Below are positions 19,224 through 28,222 of a stretch of 64,000 nucleotides of DNA, piece by piece (positions within the stretch are counted from its first letter, which is position 1; each line of letters begins with the position of its first letter). Where the stretch lies: positions 147,114-211,113 of IMG/VR virus record IMGVR_UViG_3300043446_004613; one strand, given 5' to 3'. The notes beneath the pieces were generated by a model that ran no database searches, had not been told where the DNA came from, and saw nothing but the letters and a program-made list of their open reading frames with translations. The position numbers and the translations under genes were made by a program.

Positions 19224-20944
19224 GCGACAACGGTAGAACGTTTCACCGCAAAGAACCGAATTTCCTCGCCGTTACCGGATGCCCATACTTTTTCGATCTC
19301 TGCATCAATCTCTTCGGTCTTCATGACGCGGTTTTCGCGCTCTTGGATTAAACGGCGCAGTTCGTTTAAGTCGTAATCGCCTGTATGCGTGTACACACGG
19401 AGTACGTCAAAACCGAACTTCTCAAGCGTCGCTTTCAAAGTTGCCGGACTGTAGTGGACATAGTGCGTGTTGACGTCCAGCCATTGCCATTTTTCTTTGC
19501 GCTGTTCGCTACAATACGATTCGATGTTAGGAACGATACCGGCGAAAATGCCTCCTACTTTTAAGAGTTTGCACACACGGCTTAAAACCTCAGCTGGCTT
19601 GGAAAGGTGCTCGAACGTGTGGATAGCGACAATCACGTCAAGGCTGTCGGCATCAATCGCACAATCCAGCAGTTCGTCGCAGGTGGTAGGTATGCCGAGC
19701 ACAGAGTTGCTAAAATTGGCCGCCTTGTAGCAAACGTCGATACCCTGCGGCGTGAATCCCTTCTCGCGAGCATTTACCATGAAGGCACCCCAGCCGCAGC
19801 CAATGTCCAGCATCTTACCGGGCGGTTTGGCGAATTCCATAAGCTGCTGCATGAAGTAGTCACGACGCAGTCCGCTCGTACGGATGTCGTCAAAATTCTT
19901 CGGCAGGCGCATGTGTGAGTGGTCATCGGCGTACTGCTGATAATAGAGCATCGTCTGCTCATGATCCGGGTGCGTGCGCAGATACACGAGATTGCAGCTT
20001 GGGCACTTTACGATGTCAGTCTGCGCTCGATGCTGCGGAGCGTTGGCGGCATCTGCGTCGCAGATGGGACATTTTGTTAACACGGTATTCATAGATTTTT
20101 TGTATAGTTTTGGTATATGAACAATAGCGCTTTCGCCGTAAATCGCGTTGCGCCGGTTGAAAATGCAGTTCGGGCCTTCGAGCCACACTTCGAGCATGCT
20201 GTCGTGCTTCAAGCCTTCACAGATGGCGTAAGGCAGCGACTGGTTTCCAATGTACAAGCGGCAACCCGCTATGAGACGCGCAAGTTCAAGGAAGTCTTTT
20301 GTCGGCAAATACGTCAAATAACCCCAGTCAGCAACGAACGCGTTGTACTCGCTAGGCAATCCGACAAAGGCCGCTCTTTTGCCGTGACGCTCCATGATCT
20401 TCGCCCACGGAAAATCAGAATTACGCCAACGCGGGCTGCGGTGGATAAGAACTGGATAGTCATTTAGCTCAGTGGGAGTGTCGATCGTAAGCCACGCGGA
20501 TTGACAGGCATCTAGCGGCACTTTGAACGTGTATAGATGAGCTTCCGCTAGGTTGAGTCGCCGTGCGCCTTCCGCCATTTTGGTGTGCTCCGTCAGCAGG
20601 TATTCACGGAACTGGTTCAAGTCGATGTCGATTTCAGGGGCTTTTTCTACAAAGCTCAGTTCGTGGATATACGGTTGCATTTCCAGCAGAGGTCGCATTA
20701 CTTCTACATGCTCTGCTGTCATCGACAAACGTGTCTTGTGTTGAACACTTGGGCCGATAAACAAGCTGCCGCCGCCCATCGCTTTTATGGTCGGCAGCGC
20801 GTAAATGATGTCGCCAAAGTCACCGCTATGGAAAAACGAAAGACGGTGCTTCAGTGGAATGACGACGCTTCTTTCGGCAGACACGGGATCAAAGTGTTCT
20901 GCTTTTAGCTTTTTAGCGATGTATTCAAACGATTTCACTAGCAA
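19220..20944 (-). CDS. Fusion: GT9-like glycosyltransferase plus Zn-ribbon/class I SAM methyltransferase
   Basis: N-terminal HSGDFGDIIYALP...LARLIAGCRLYIGNQS; C-terminal CPIC..CPSC, LDIGCGWG, HTFEHL, GGIFAGIVPN. Confidence 0.85.
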   Translation of the reverse strand: MLVKSFEYIAKKLKAEHFDPVSAERSVVIPLKHRLSFFHSGDFGDIIYALPTIKAMGGGSLFIGPSVQHKTRLSMTAEHVEVMRPLLEMQPYIHELSFVEKAPEIDIDLNQFREYLLTEHTKMAEGARRLNLAEAHLYTFKVPLDACQSAWLTIDTPTELNDYPVLIHRSPRWRNSDFPWAKIMERHGKRAAFVGLPSEYNAFVADWGYLTYLPTKDFLELARLIAGCRLYIGNQSLPYAICEGLKHDSMLEVWLEGPNCIFNRRNAIYGESAIVHIPKLYKKSMNTVLTKCPICDADAANAPQHRAQTDIVKCPSCNLVYLRTHPDHEQTMLYYQQYADDHSHMRLPKNFDDIRTSGLRRDYFMQQLMEFAKPPGKMLDIGCGWGAFMVNAREKGFTPQGIDVCYKAANFSNSVLGIPTTCDELLDCAIDADSLDVIVAIHTFEHLSKPAEVLSRVCKLLKVGGIFAGIVPNIESYCSEQRKEKWQWLDVNTHYVHYSPATLKATLEKFGFDVLRVYTHTGDYDLNELRRLIQERENRVMKTEEIDAEIEKVWASGNGEEIRFFAVKRSTVVA

Positions 20945-21485
20945 AACGGGTTACGTAATGAGCCGCACTGTCGATTTCTGTCACGATCTCGAACTGTTTC
21001 CTGAACTCCACAGGGTTTTCTGTAAAGCTCGCTGGAAAGAACCGGTAAAATCCCCAGCAATCACGATGACCTTCTACGATCACAAGCTTTCTGTCTTTTA
21101 ACGCATAGACCCGCTGTTGGCGCAGTAAAGTGATCGAGTTCTTGGCCCGTTTGTCCATGTGTGCCCGGATATAGGCTGGATCGTAAACAGCATCAGGTAG
21201 CCAGTTGAAGCACCATTCACCGATGGCATTATCGCGGCAAAGCTGAAGCATTGCCGGTACGGATTGGCGGCTGAGTTGAATCTCCAGAAAGTTAGGCCAC
21301 CGCTTAAACCAAGGCTTGAGCTTGCTATTGGTCGTATTGTATACAACCATCTGCTTATTCGGCCAGTCTTGGTTGTAAAATGAAGCGATGCTTGCTCTCG
21401 CGGCGGTTAGCTGCTGGGGACGGGTAAACGCCATGAGTCCCGATGCGATCGGGTATTCAATCCAACTGGTGTCGTTCTCAGGCAC
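20925..21485 (-). CDS. GT2-like protein (degenerate DxD)
   Basis: SIASFYNQDWPNKQMVVYN; GEWCFNWLPDA in place of the usual WDDD. Confidence 0.6.
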   Translation of the reverse strand: MPENDTSWIEYPIASGLMAFTRPQQLTAARASIASFYNQDWPNKQMVVYNTTNSKLKPWFKRWPNFLEIQLSRQSVPAMLQLCRDNAIGEWCFNWLPDAVYDPAYIRAHMDKRAKNSITLLRQQRVYALKDRKLVIVEGHRDCWGFYRFFPASFTENPVEFRKQFEIVTEIDSAAHYVTRFASEIV

Positions 21486-21505
21486 ACGACAAAGAACGGT
21501 TTTTG

Positions 21506-21697
21506 TCAGTTGGATACTGGCGTGATCGGTGGCATCTGCTGCGGCATGCCTTGCGTCTGGTTTTGCGCAGCCATGCGTTGGGCTAGTTCGACACCGAAAC
21601 CGACCTGATGGCTACGGTCAATCGTAGGCAGCTGGCTGTCCGAAGCAGGTGCGGTGTACTTTTGTGCCGTATCAATGAATTTGTTAATATCGTTCAC
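21506..21697 (-). CDS. Small hypothetical protein
   Basis: GTG start 4 nt after GTTCTTAG; first gene of the leftward GT cluster. Confidence 0.5.
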   Translation of the reverse strand: MNDINKFIDTAQKYTAPASDSQLPTIDRSHQVGFGVELAQRMAAQNQTQGMPQQMPPITPVSN

Positions 21698-21717
21698 AGT
21701 TCTAAGAACAAGATAGC

Positions 21718-22776
21718 ATGATCGGGCCGGTACTAAAGCAGGAAATTGAGAATACGTTCATCGTGGTGCGCGAAAAGTGTACCACCCTCGAATTGGTATT
21801 CTGCTGCCCCGAGTGCGGCGATAAGACAGGCCATCGCAGCGTAAACCTCAAGTCCGGCAAGACTTTCTGCTGGAAATGCAACAAGGGCAAGAATAACAAA
21901 GGGAACTTTGTTGCGTGGGCGCGGGCGCTCGGTTTCCATTTTACGGCAGATACAGGGGCGAATAACGTTCCGGTTGAACAACTGCTTTATGCTGAAGATC
22001 AGCAGGAATCGGTTGTTCCCGTTATCCAAGAGGTGAAGCTGCCTGAAGGTTTTACACCAATCGCCCGGACACCCAAGAGCGTATACACTAAGTTGATAAC
22101 CAAGATGGCTGCACGTAAAAACCTAGACTACGCTGCATTTGCTGAAGCAGGAGCCGGTTATACCCCAGCCCACCCAAAATGGGAGCCTTTCTGCATTTTT
22201 CCGGTGCAAGAGTACGGTTTGACGGTCTACTACCAAGGGCGCACTTATGTAGACGTGCCGGGGGAGACAACCAAGAAATTTCCAAGTCGGAACGAGGTAA
22301 CTTTTGGTGCTGGTAACTGGGTGTACAACATCGATACCGTTCGTGAGCAACAGCCGGAAATTGTTGTCATCGTGGAATCCATATTGAACGTGCTGTCGTT
22401 GCGCAAAAAGCTTCGGCAGCTTGGCTGGAAAAATATCGTTCCTGTCTGTGTTTTTAAGCACCACCTAAGCCAAGTACAAGCACTTAAACTACTGCGTTGC
22501 CAAGGTGTTCAAGAGTTCTGCATGCTGTTTGACCACGATGCGATCGATAAAACGTGGCAGAGTGTCAGCGCGATTGCGAACAAGAAGGTCGTGACGATCG
22601 CTGAGATGCCGTTATTAGACGGCAATAAGAAATGCGATCCAAACGACGATGTGGACGCCGCGATAAACGCAATCGAAAATCGTCAGCTGTATACAGCTTC
22701 GAGCTTCAGCCGTAAAATGCTGGAGGCAGATGATCCGAGAATTTTTAGTATCACATCACGAAATATCTGTTCTTAG
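21718..22776 (+). CDS. DNA primase (Zn-finger plus TOPRIM, gp61-like)
   Basis: CPECGD...FCWKC; YYQGR; IVESILN; MLFDHDA; CDPND. Confidence 0.9.
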   Translation: MIGPVLKQEIENTFIVVREKCTTLELVFCCPECGDKTGHRSVNLKSGKTFCWKCNKGKNNKGNFVAWARALGFHFTADTGANNVPVEQLLYAEDQQESVVPVIQEVKLPEGFTPIARTPKSVYTKLITKMAARKNLDYAAFAEAGAGYTPAHPKWEPFCIFPVQEYGLTVYYQGRTYVDVPGETTKKFPSRNEVTFGAGNWVYNIDTVREQQPEIVVIVESILNVLSLRKKLRQLGWKNIVPVCVFKHHLSQVQALKLLRCQGVQEFCMLFDHDAIDKTWQSVSAIANKKVVTIAEMPLLDGNKKCDPNDDVDAAINAIENRQLYTASSFSRKMLEADDPRIFSITSRNICS

Positions 22777-22780
22777 CACC

Positions 22781-23407
22781 ATGAACGTAAATCTATTCGG
22801 CCACCGTTGTCTCGTTGAATTCACACGTCTGAAAACGACGAGCAAAATCGTTATCCCTGACGCAGCCCAAACGCACGATACCCACCGCATCGGTATTGTT
22901 CGCTTTATCGGCGACGGTAAAGTGAAAGGCAAAGATGAACCAGTGCCCTCGTTGGTAAAGCCCGGTGACATGGTCATGTTCCAGATGAATCAAGTCATGG
23001 AGAACACGCAGAAGTATGTCGCTGATGGCAAGCACTACATGAACTTGCTTCAAACGGAGTTGGTGTGCCGGATCAATGGTGAAGATATGTCCATCGACAA
23101 CCTTGAAGCGCTTGGTGACTACACCATCCTCAAGCACTTTGTGCGTGAAGCGTCGGATACCATCATCCTGCCTGATAGCGTTGCCCGCCAGAACGCCAAT
23201 GAATTCATCTATTTCAAGCTTTTGAAGAAAGGCTCAACTGTCGATCTGCCGATTAACGTCAATGATGAACTTATCGTCAATTTTGGCCGCCTTACGCCGA
23301 TGTTTATCGTCACCAGCGGTCTTGAAGGTACCCGTAACGAGGAATACTGCTACACAAGCAAGGAATGGATCGACGCCGTCGTTTTCAATGTCGACACCAC
23401 ACGTTAA
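22781..23407 (+). CDS. groES: Tandem-domain GroES-like co-chaperonin
   Basis: Domain 1 LFGHRCLVE..TTSKIVIPD..GIVRFIGDG..VKPGDMVMF; domain 2 ALGDYTILK..SDTIILPD..KKGSTV...VNDELIV. Confidence 0.75.
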   Translation: MNVNLFGHRCLVEFTRLKTTSKIVIPDAAQTHDTHRIGIVRFIGDGKVKGKDEPVPSLVKPGDMVMFQMNQVMENTQKYVADGKHYMNLLQTELVCRINGEDMSIDNLEALGDYTILKHFVREASDTIILPDSVARQNANEFIYFKLLKKGSTVDLPINVNDELIVNFGRLTPMFIVTSGLEGTRNEEYCYTSKEWIDAVVFNVDTTR

Positions 23408-23438
23408 GCGCGGTACGACCGATCTCTGCGCCGGGGAG

Positions 23439-23645
23439 ATGGTTTGGGGAAAGACGTCCTTGCGGATGTCGAAAGCGCAGTTTCGTAGGCAGTGCCCTGA
23501 GTGCGGTCGGCGCGAAATTTGGGTACCGGCGCGGGGAGCCGCGAAAGGTTACTGGTCAGTTGTTGATCTTCACAATCTCGAACAGCGAAGCCCAGAATGG
23601 CTTGCTTCGCATTTGATGTCTTGGATAACAGGCGACCGTAGTTAA
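23439..23645 (+). CDS. Small Zn-finger protein (start uncertain)
   Basis: CPECG motif; fills the gap before the next gene. Confidence 0.4.
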   Translation: MVWGKTSLRMSKAQFRRQCPECGRREIWVPARGAAKGYWSVVDLHNLEQRSPEWLASHLMSWITGDRS

Positions 23646-23648
23646 TGC

Positions 23649-26600
23649 GTGATCGAGCTATTCGTCAATGATGCCCCTTTACCGGCGTCTCTAGCTGCTA
23701 ATGCCAATTACACGCTAACCGTTCGTTTGAACGGTGCTGTGGTGTTGCCGTTAAATTGGTCGGTCACCGATGGCACCTCTACAGTCGCCGAGGGTGCGTC
23801 CAGCCCGGTAAAGTTTCAACCTGTAAGTCCGGTACCGCACACGATCGTTGTCCGGGTGATGGGTGAATTCGATTTGCCGCAAACCTATGCCCAGACGGTA
23901 AATATTGTTGCACGGGGAAGCAGTGCGCAAGCCGGTGTGAACTGGAGCAACCTGATCTTTACGCCCGGCGAAAACATCACAGCCGTCATTCAAGCCCGCG
24001 ACAGTGTAGGTGCGCCTCCCCAAAGCATCCTCTGGACACTTTACCGGAACGGTGTCGAAGTGTTCAAGAGCAGCGGTTCATCCGTGAATTACAGTGGTTC
24101 AGCGAGCGGTCTTTATCGGTTACGTGGAACGGCTTACTGCAACGATGGATCACAGCTTAGTTTCGACAGTACGGTGCAGTGCTCAGGTTCGGTTAATGTA
24201 CGTCACAATCTTCCTGTGCCGGAGTTTGGAGGTAGTTTGGTTTATCTAGGATCGGTGTATACACAAACACTAGCTGCTAACGGCGGTACAGCTACCAGCT
24301 TGCCGCAACAGATTGCTAGCGTCACCGAAGAAATTTTCCTGCTTCCGGGCACTACGCACTGGACTTTTGATATTGATCCCGGTGCCGGGCCTCTTGCGGA
24401 TGAAGTCGTGTTGCGCACGCAAAAAGGTAACTGGTGCTTGAACGGTTTGTCTGGCGGATTGGCTGGTGAAACGGTCGGTTATGACTACGGTTACATGCCG
24501 ACATACATCCCCGCACCGGCAGACCAACACCTGCGTATCACAACGGACACTTTCAGCGTAAGCAGTTTGACCTATAGCGGTTACACATCACGGTTGCGCT
24601 TAAACTGCTACCGCACCGTGCCTCAAGGCATCTACCGTTACGAGCGCTGCACTAATTCTGACCTGCCGGGTGGCGAAGGTCGGCGTAATCGGCGCTGGGC
24701 CGCTATCATCACTGAGATGGATGTGCAAACTGACGCCAACACGCGCCTTGACCGCATGGGTGTCGGTGAAAGCCTTACACACTACACTACGGTAGATGCT
24801 ACCAGTGTTCCGTTGATGAATCTTGCCACGAACGGCGCACCGAATCCGATCCAAGCAAATACCGGACTCTTTTACACTGACAGTAACTTGTACGCATTTT
24901 ACGAGTCCGACGGGAAGTACGAGCTAAGCGCTCACGCCATCGCTGCGATTGAAGGTGTACGTCCTTGCTGCATGTCCTTATTGACGTTCGGCAACACACG
25001 TCCGCTGATCAACAACCGGATCAAGCGTTTAACTGGAAAGTTGAGTGTTTATCTTACGGATGGATCGGTAATGGCTGGTTCTGTGATCAATGTAACCTTG
25101 CTTCGGCAGGAAGGATTAGCGTCAACAATAATTCCTGTAAATGTAACGGAAACTGCTTACGCGGACGACTCCAACACCCTACTTCGTGTGGGTCAGGCTG
25201 AGATCAATATCAGTGACTTTCAGTTCAGCGAGACTGGGCTGGTTATGTCTTTTTCTGTTGACGAGTCCGGTGTCACGGATTCGACGCCAAATCCGCTGCC
25301 TACGCCGATAAGCAGCCCGGATAACATCTACTCGCCGGTTTGGGGACGCACTGTAGTTTACGAAGGGGCTTGCTACACAAACCCAGTGTACGTTCCGGTA
25401 TTTGACGGCGAGGGTGTGCTTGTAACGCCAATCGGCGGCTGTCAGACGCCAATCTGTGGCCCGGCAGCGCTTTACTGTTACACCTCGCTGGAATCACCAG
25501 TCACCAAGATCAACGTGGCACAGCCTTTTGGATTTCCTGCCCCGTTTGTCGCCTATGGCGCAGCCCCTGCACGTTGTTATGGTGATCCTAAAGCGCAGGC
25601 GTACTATAACGGCACAAACGTGTCTACAGCGGCGTTCACTGGAACGCAAGCGATTGACCTTTGGGCATATCAAACCACAGACTTTTGCGGAGAATCCTAT
25701 CTCTATAACGCCTGCGTAGCATCCGCAGCGTACGCAGCTTCACTGGTAGTTGTTTATCCTACTGCGTCAACACCGCATGCTTACTTGAGCTATGGCGACC
25801 GCCTATACACGTTCGCCGGTACCGTGGATGACTACGGTTCGCGGATGCTCGTTTCCGCTGCTGACGTCATGCCTGCGCTGGATTGTGAACTAAACGCATC
25901 CGTCAACGGCGACTCAGTTGTATACATTGATACCCAGACAGGCATTGAAGTTCCGGTTCGTTTTGACCACCTAGCTGAAGGTATCGCGCATTACGGAGTA
26001 GCCAGCGAGATCATTGACGACTGGAACGACGGTGTAACCGATGGTCGTCGTTCGGTCGGGTTGAATCGCGCTGACACGCTCATCTACAGCAGCACCGGCA
26101 CAGGTAAGCTTATCTTTGACGTCGGGCTGGCTTACCCCAAGAGCCTCGTGCGCGAGCGTGCCGGAGTCCTGACCGCCTACACGATGCCGTCTGCCACTTA
26201 TCGCCAGCTGGTTCAAGTGATCCCCGGAGACAAGGTCTATCTGCGCGTTTCTGATGCCTATGGCCGTCTGCCGCATCAGTTGACCGGTAAAACGGTAGCA
26301 GTCAGCTGGCAGGCTATACCTGCACTGCCTCGGCTATACCATGCTGCGCTGCTTGAATACGAAGGCAGCAGCGCCATAAACGCGGTCGGTTTTTGTGCGT
26401 ACACCAACCAAGGTGAATACGTTTTTTATGGAACGCTGCCGTATAAAGGCTCGATGTCTGGCCCGGTCAATCCAGACAGTATTGTTACAGTCACAGCTGA
26501 AGGTACGGAGTACAATCTTATCAGCGCTTCTGCGGTAGGCGACGTTAACTCTTACGAGCTTACGCACCTGCCGGATTACGCAGGCCAGCTGCTCAACGGC

Positions 26601-26957
26601 CCGTTCCTATTCAAGTTTTACGCCGGGCGTGAAGCCTTTGGTGCGCATGGCGAGATGGATGTATGGCTCGATACTGACGGCGAATTTCCAAATTACTTCC
26701 GTGCAGGACAGTTCAGCGCCTTGTCCGTTGGAACATATCGGCGTGACGTGGCTCCAACAGACACGCACCGTAATAGCTTTGCCGTGGCTGCTTCGGAAAC
26801 GGTCGTAGATGCCGTATGGCCGCAGCTGGCGGTTGCTGCCGATGGTGAAGTCATTTCAGCCTACAATCCGACCGGTTATTTCGTATACGGAGGTAAAACC
26901 TTCAATGCTGTTGCACCTGATCCCGGTTTATCTTACTCGATCATCCGGCTGGCATGA
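23649..26957 (+). CDS. Large virion structural protein (Ig/PKD-like N-terminal domains; fibre/baseplate-associated)
   Basis: 1102 aa, Ser/Thr/Gly/Tyr-rich, beta-rich; SILWTLYRNG..GLYRLRG Ig-like segment; several Cys clusters. Confidence 0.7.
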   Translation: MIELFVNDAPLPASLAANANYTLTVRLNGAVVLPLNWSVTDGTSTVAEGASSPVKFQPVSPVPHTIVVRVMGEFDLPQTYAQTVNIVARGSSAQAGVNWSNLIFTPGENITAVIQARDSVGAPPQSILWTLYRNGVEVFKSSGSSVNYSGSASGLYRLRGTAYCNDGSQLSFDSTVQCSGSVNVRHNLPVPEFGGSLVYLGSVYTQTLAANGGTATSLPQQIASVTEEIFLLPGTTHWTFDIDPGAGPLADEVVLRTQKGNWCLNGLSGGLAGETVGYDYGYMPTYIPAPADQHLRITTDTFSVSSLTYSGYTSRLRLNCYRTVPQGIYRYERCTNSDLPGGEGRRNRRWAAIITEMDVQTDANTRLDRMGVGESLTHYTTVDATSVPLMNLATNGAPNPIQANTGLFYTDSNLYAFYESDGKYELSAHAIAAIEGVRPCCMSLLTFGNTRPLINNRIKRLTGKLSVYLTDGSVMAGSVINVTLLRQEGLASTIIPVNVTETAYADDSNTLLRVGQAEINISDFQFSETGLVMSFSVDESGVTDSTPNPLPTPISSPDNIYSPVWGRTVVYEGACYTNPVYVPVFDGEGVLVTPIGGCQTPICGPAALYCYTSLESPVTKINVAQPFGFPAPFVAYGAAPARCYGDPKAQAYYNGTNVSTAAFTGTQAIDLWAYQTTDFCGESYLYNACVASAAYAASLVVVYPTASTPHAYLSYGDRLYTFAGTVDDYGSRMLVSAADVMPALDCELNASVNGDSVVYIDTQTGIEVPVRFDHLAEGIAHYGVASEIIDDWNDGVTDGRRSVGLNRADTLIYSSTGTGKLIFDVGLAYPKSLVRERAGVLTAYTMPSATYRQLVQVIPGDKVYLRVSDAYGRLPHQLTGKTVAVSWQAIPALPRLYHAALLEYEGSSAINAVGFCAYTNQGEYVFYGTLPYKGSMSGPVNPDSIVTVTAEGTEYNLISASAVGDVNSYELTHLPDYAGQLLNGPFLFKFYAGREAFGAHGEMDVWLDTDGEFPNYFRAGQFSALSVGTYRRDVAPTDTHRNSFAVAASETVVDAVWPQLAVAADGEVISAYNPTGYFVYGGKTFNAVAPDPGLSYSIIRLA

Positions 26958-27505
26958 TTTAGAATCTCAGCGGCATCCTGCACGGTAGGTGGAGCGGCTT
27001 TCTTCGTGAAGGCGCTGCGGACTTTTTCGTCCTTTTCACAGATAATAGACAGCGCTCCCAGTACGTTTTCTACGATATAGCGGGCGATGTCCTGTTCCGT
27101 TTTGGGTACCGGCACGTAGATCACTTGATGATTTTCCACGATCAGCTGCACCGTAAGTTCTGCACCAAGTACATCACTGGCTTTTACGACTTTCGCGTTG
27201 ACCTTGTGGATCGGTGTACCGTCAGGCGCTTTGCCTACGACTTCATTCGTATAAGTGTAACCGGGGAAGGATGTAACAAAAGCAACACGCTGTGGTTCAG
27301 CTATTTTTAGATCGATAAGGATACCGGACTTTTCGTAGGCATACGTGGTTGTGCTTCCTTCCACGAGTGACGTGAATTCGCGCTGTTTCATAAACACATC
27401 GAGTGCCAGCAAGGCAAATCGATACTGCTGATGGCGCTGACCAGACAAGAGTCTGGCCTTGCTGTCTGAGGCCGCTAGGGAACTGCTTGCCGGTACTATG
27501 TCCAT
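26933..27505 (-). CDS. Hypothetical protein
   Basis: Start MDIVPASS at 27505, 5 nt after GTTCTTAG. The longer track ORF extends through a terminator and another gene. Confidence 0.65.
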   Translation of the reverse strand: MDIVPASSSLAASDSKARLLSGQRHQQYRFALLALDVFMKQREFTSLVEGSTTTYAYEKSGILIDLKIAEPQRVAFVTSFPGYTYTNEVVGKAPDGTPIHKVNAKVVKASDVLGAELTVQLIVENHQVIYVPVPKTEQDIARYIVENVLGALSIICEKDEKVRSAFTKKAAPPTVQDAAEILNHASRMIE

Positions 27506-27516
27506 ACAGGCTAAGA

Positions 27517-27543
27517 ACAAAAAAGCCGCCCCGAAGGGCGGCT
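27517..27543 (-). terminator. Rho-independent terminator
   Basis: AGCCGCCC-TTCG-GGGCGGCT followed by a T-run on the minus strand. Confidence 0.9.
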
Positions 27544-27566
27544 CGTGATCTACGCAGACGGCTCGA

Positions 27567-28094
27567 TTAGATGGTCGTGCCGTTGGGATTGATGTTACCG
27601 GGGCCTGCGTTGATGTTGGCAACGGTAGAGGCTGGGCCAGTAACAGAACCCCACTGCTTGATGAGTTCGTTGCGGCACCAACCTTCGTCGTAGCCCCAAG
27701 CGCGGCGGCCCGTGGCAACGATGTCGATCTGCGCACCGCGCAGGTCGGACTTGTTGCGAAGAACAGCCGAGATGTTGACGGAGGTGTTGCCAGAGCCGAA
27801 GAACGCCACGCGCTTGCTAACAAGCGTGTAGTGACGGGTGACAGTACCACCGGGAGCCACTGCGAAGCCACGGAATCCAGCAGTGAACGGAGACGCGGTG
27901 TAGGTCGTGTCGATTGTGGCGAAGCCGGAGGGCGACGTTGTACCGTCATATTGACCGAGACGGATGTAAGCGGTGTTAGGCCCCGTGTTTTCAAACACGA
28001 AGTCGATTGCGCCCAGCCGGTCATTGGCGGATTCGGCATAACCTTGGAACACGTTGGCGTCAACGCCGAACGGTACAGAGGATACTTGGTTCAT
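27567..28094 (-). CDS. Probable abundant virion (decoration-type) protein
   Basis: Strong C-ending codon bias, own structured leader and strong terminator; paralog of 10232-10585. Confidence 0.6.
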   Translation of the reverse strand: MNQVSSVPFGVDANVFQGYAESANDRLGAIDFVFENTGPNTAYIRLGQYDGTTSPSGFATIDTTYTASPFTAGFRGFAVAPGGTVTRHYTLVSKRVAFFGSGNTSVNISAVLRNKSDLRGAQIDIVATGRRAWGYDEGWCRNELIKQWGSVTGPASTVANINAGPGNINPNGTTI

Positions 28095-28208
28095 AGTGAT
28101 GTTTTGGTTTGTTGTTGTTGTTGTTTATCAGCCAGCCACATGACCGGCATTTGTTGCACCATAACAACGTGTTCACTGCCTACTGCATCGAACACTGTTG
28201 AAATTCAA
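28095..28208 (-). promoter_or_regulatory. Structured 5' leader: four hairpins followed by a (CAA)n unstructured tract
   Basis: Stems at 28198-28208, 28169-28195, 28151-28167 and 28131-28148; A/C-only tract at 28101-28126 before the ATG. Confidence 0.5.
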
Positions 28209-28222
28209 TGCGCTTAGACGTA

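Noticed and set aside
26933-28063. 376-aa ORF as given in the track
   Set aside because: Its N-terminal half overlaps the 27567-28094 gene in another frame and crosses a terminator; the real start is probably 27505.
28165-28200. Possible tRNA (GTTCGAT T-loop-like sequence)
   Set aside because: No T-stem complementarity and no cloverleaf.
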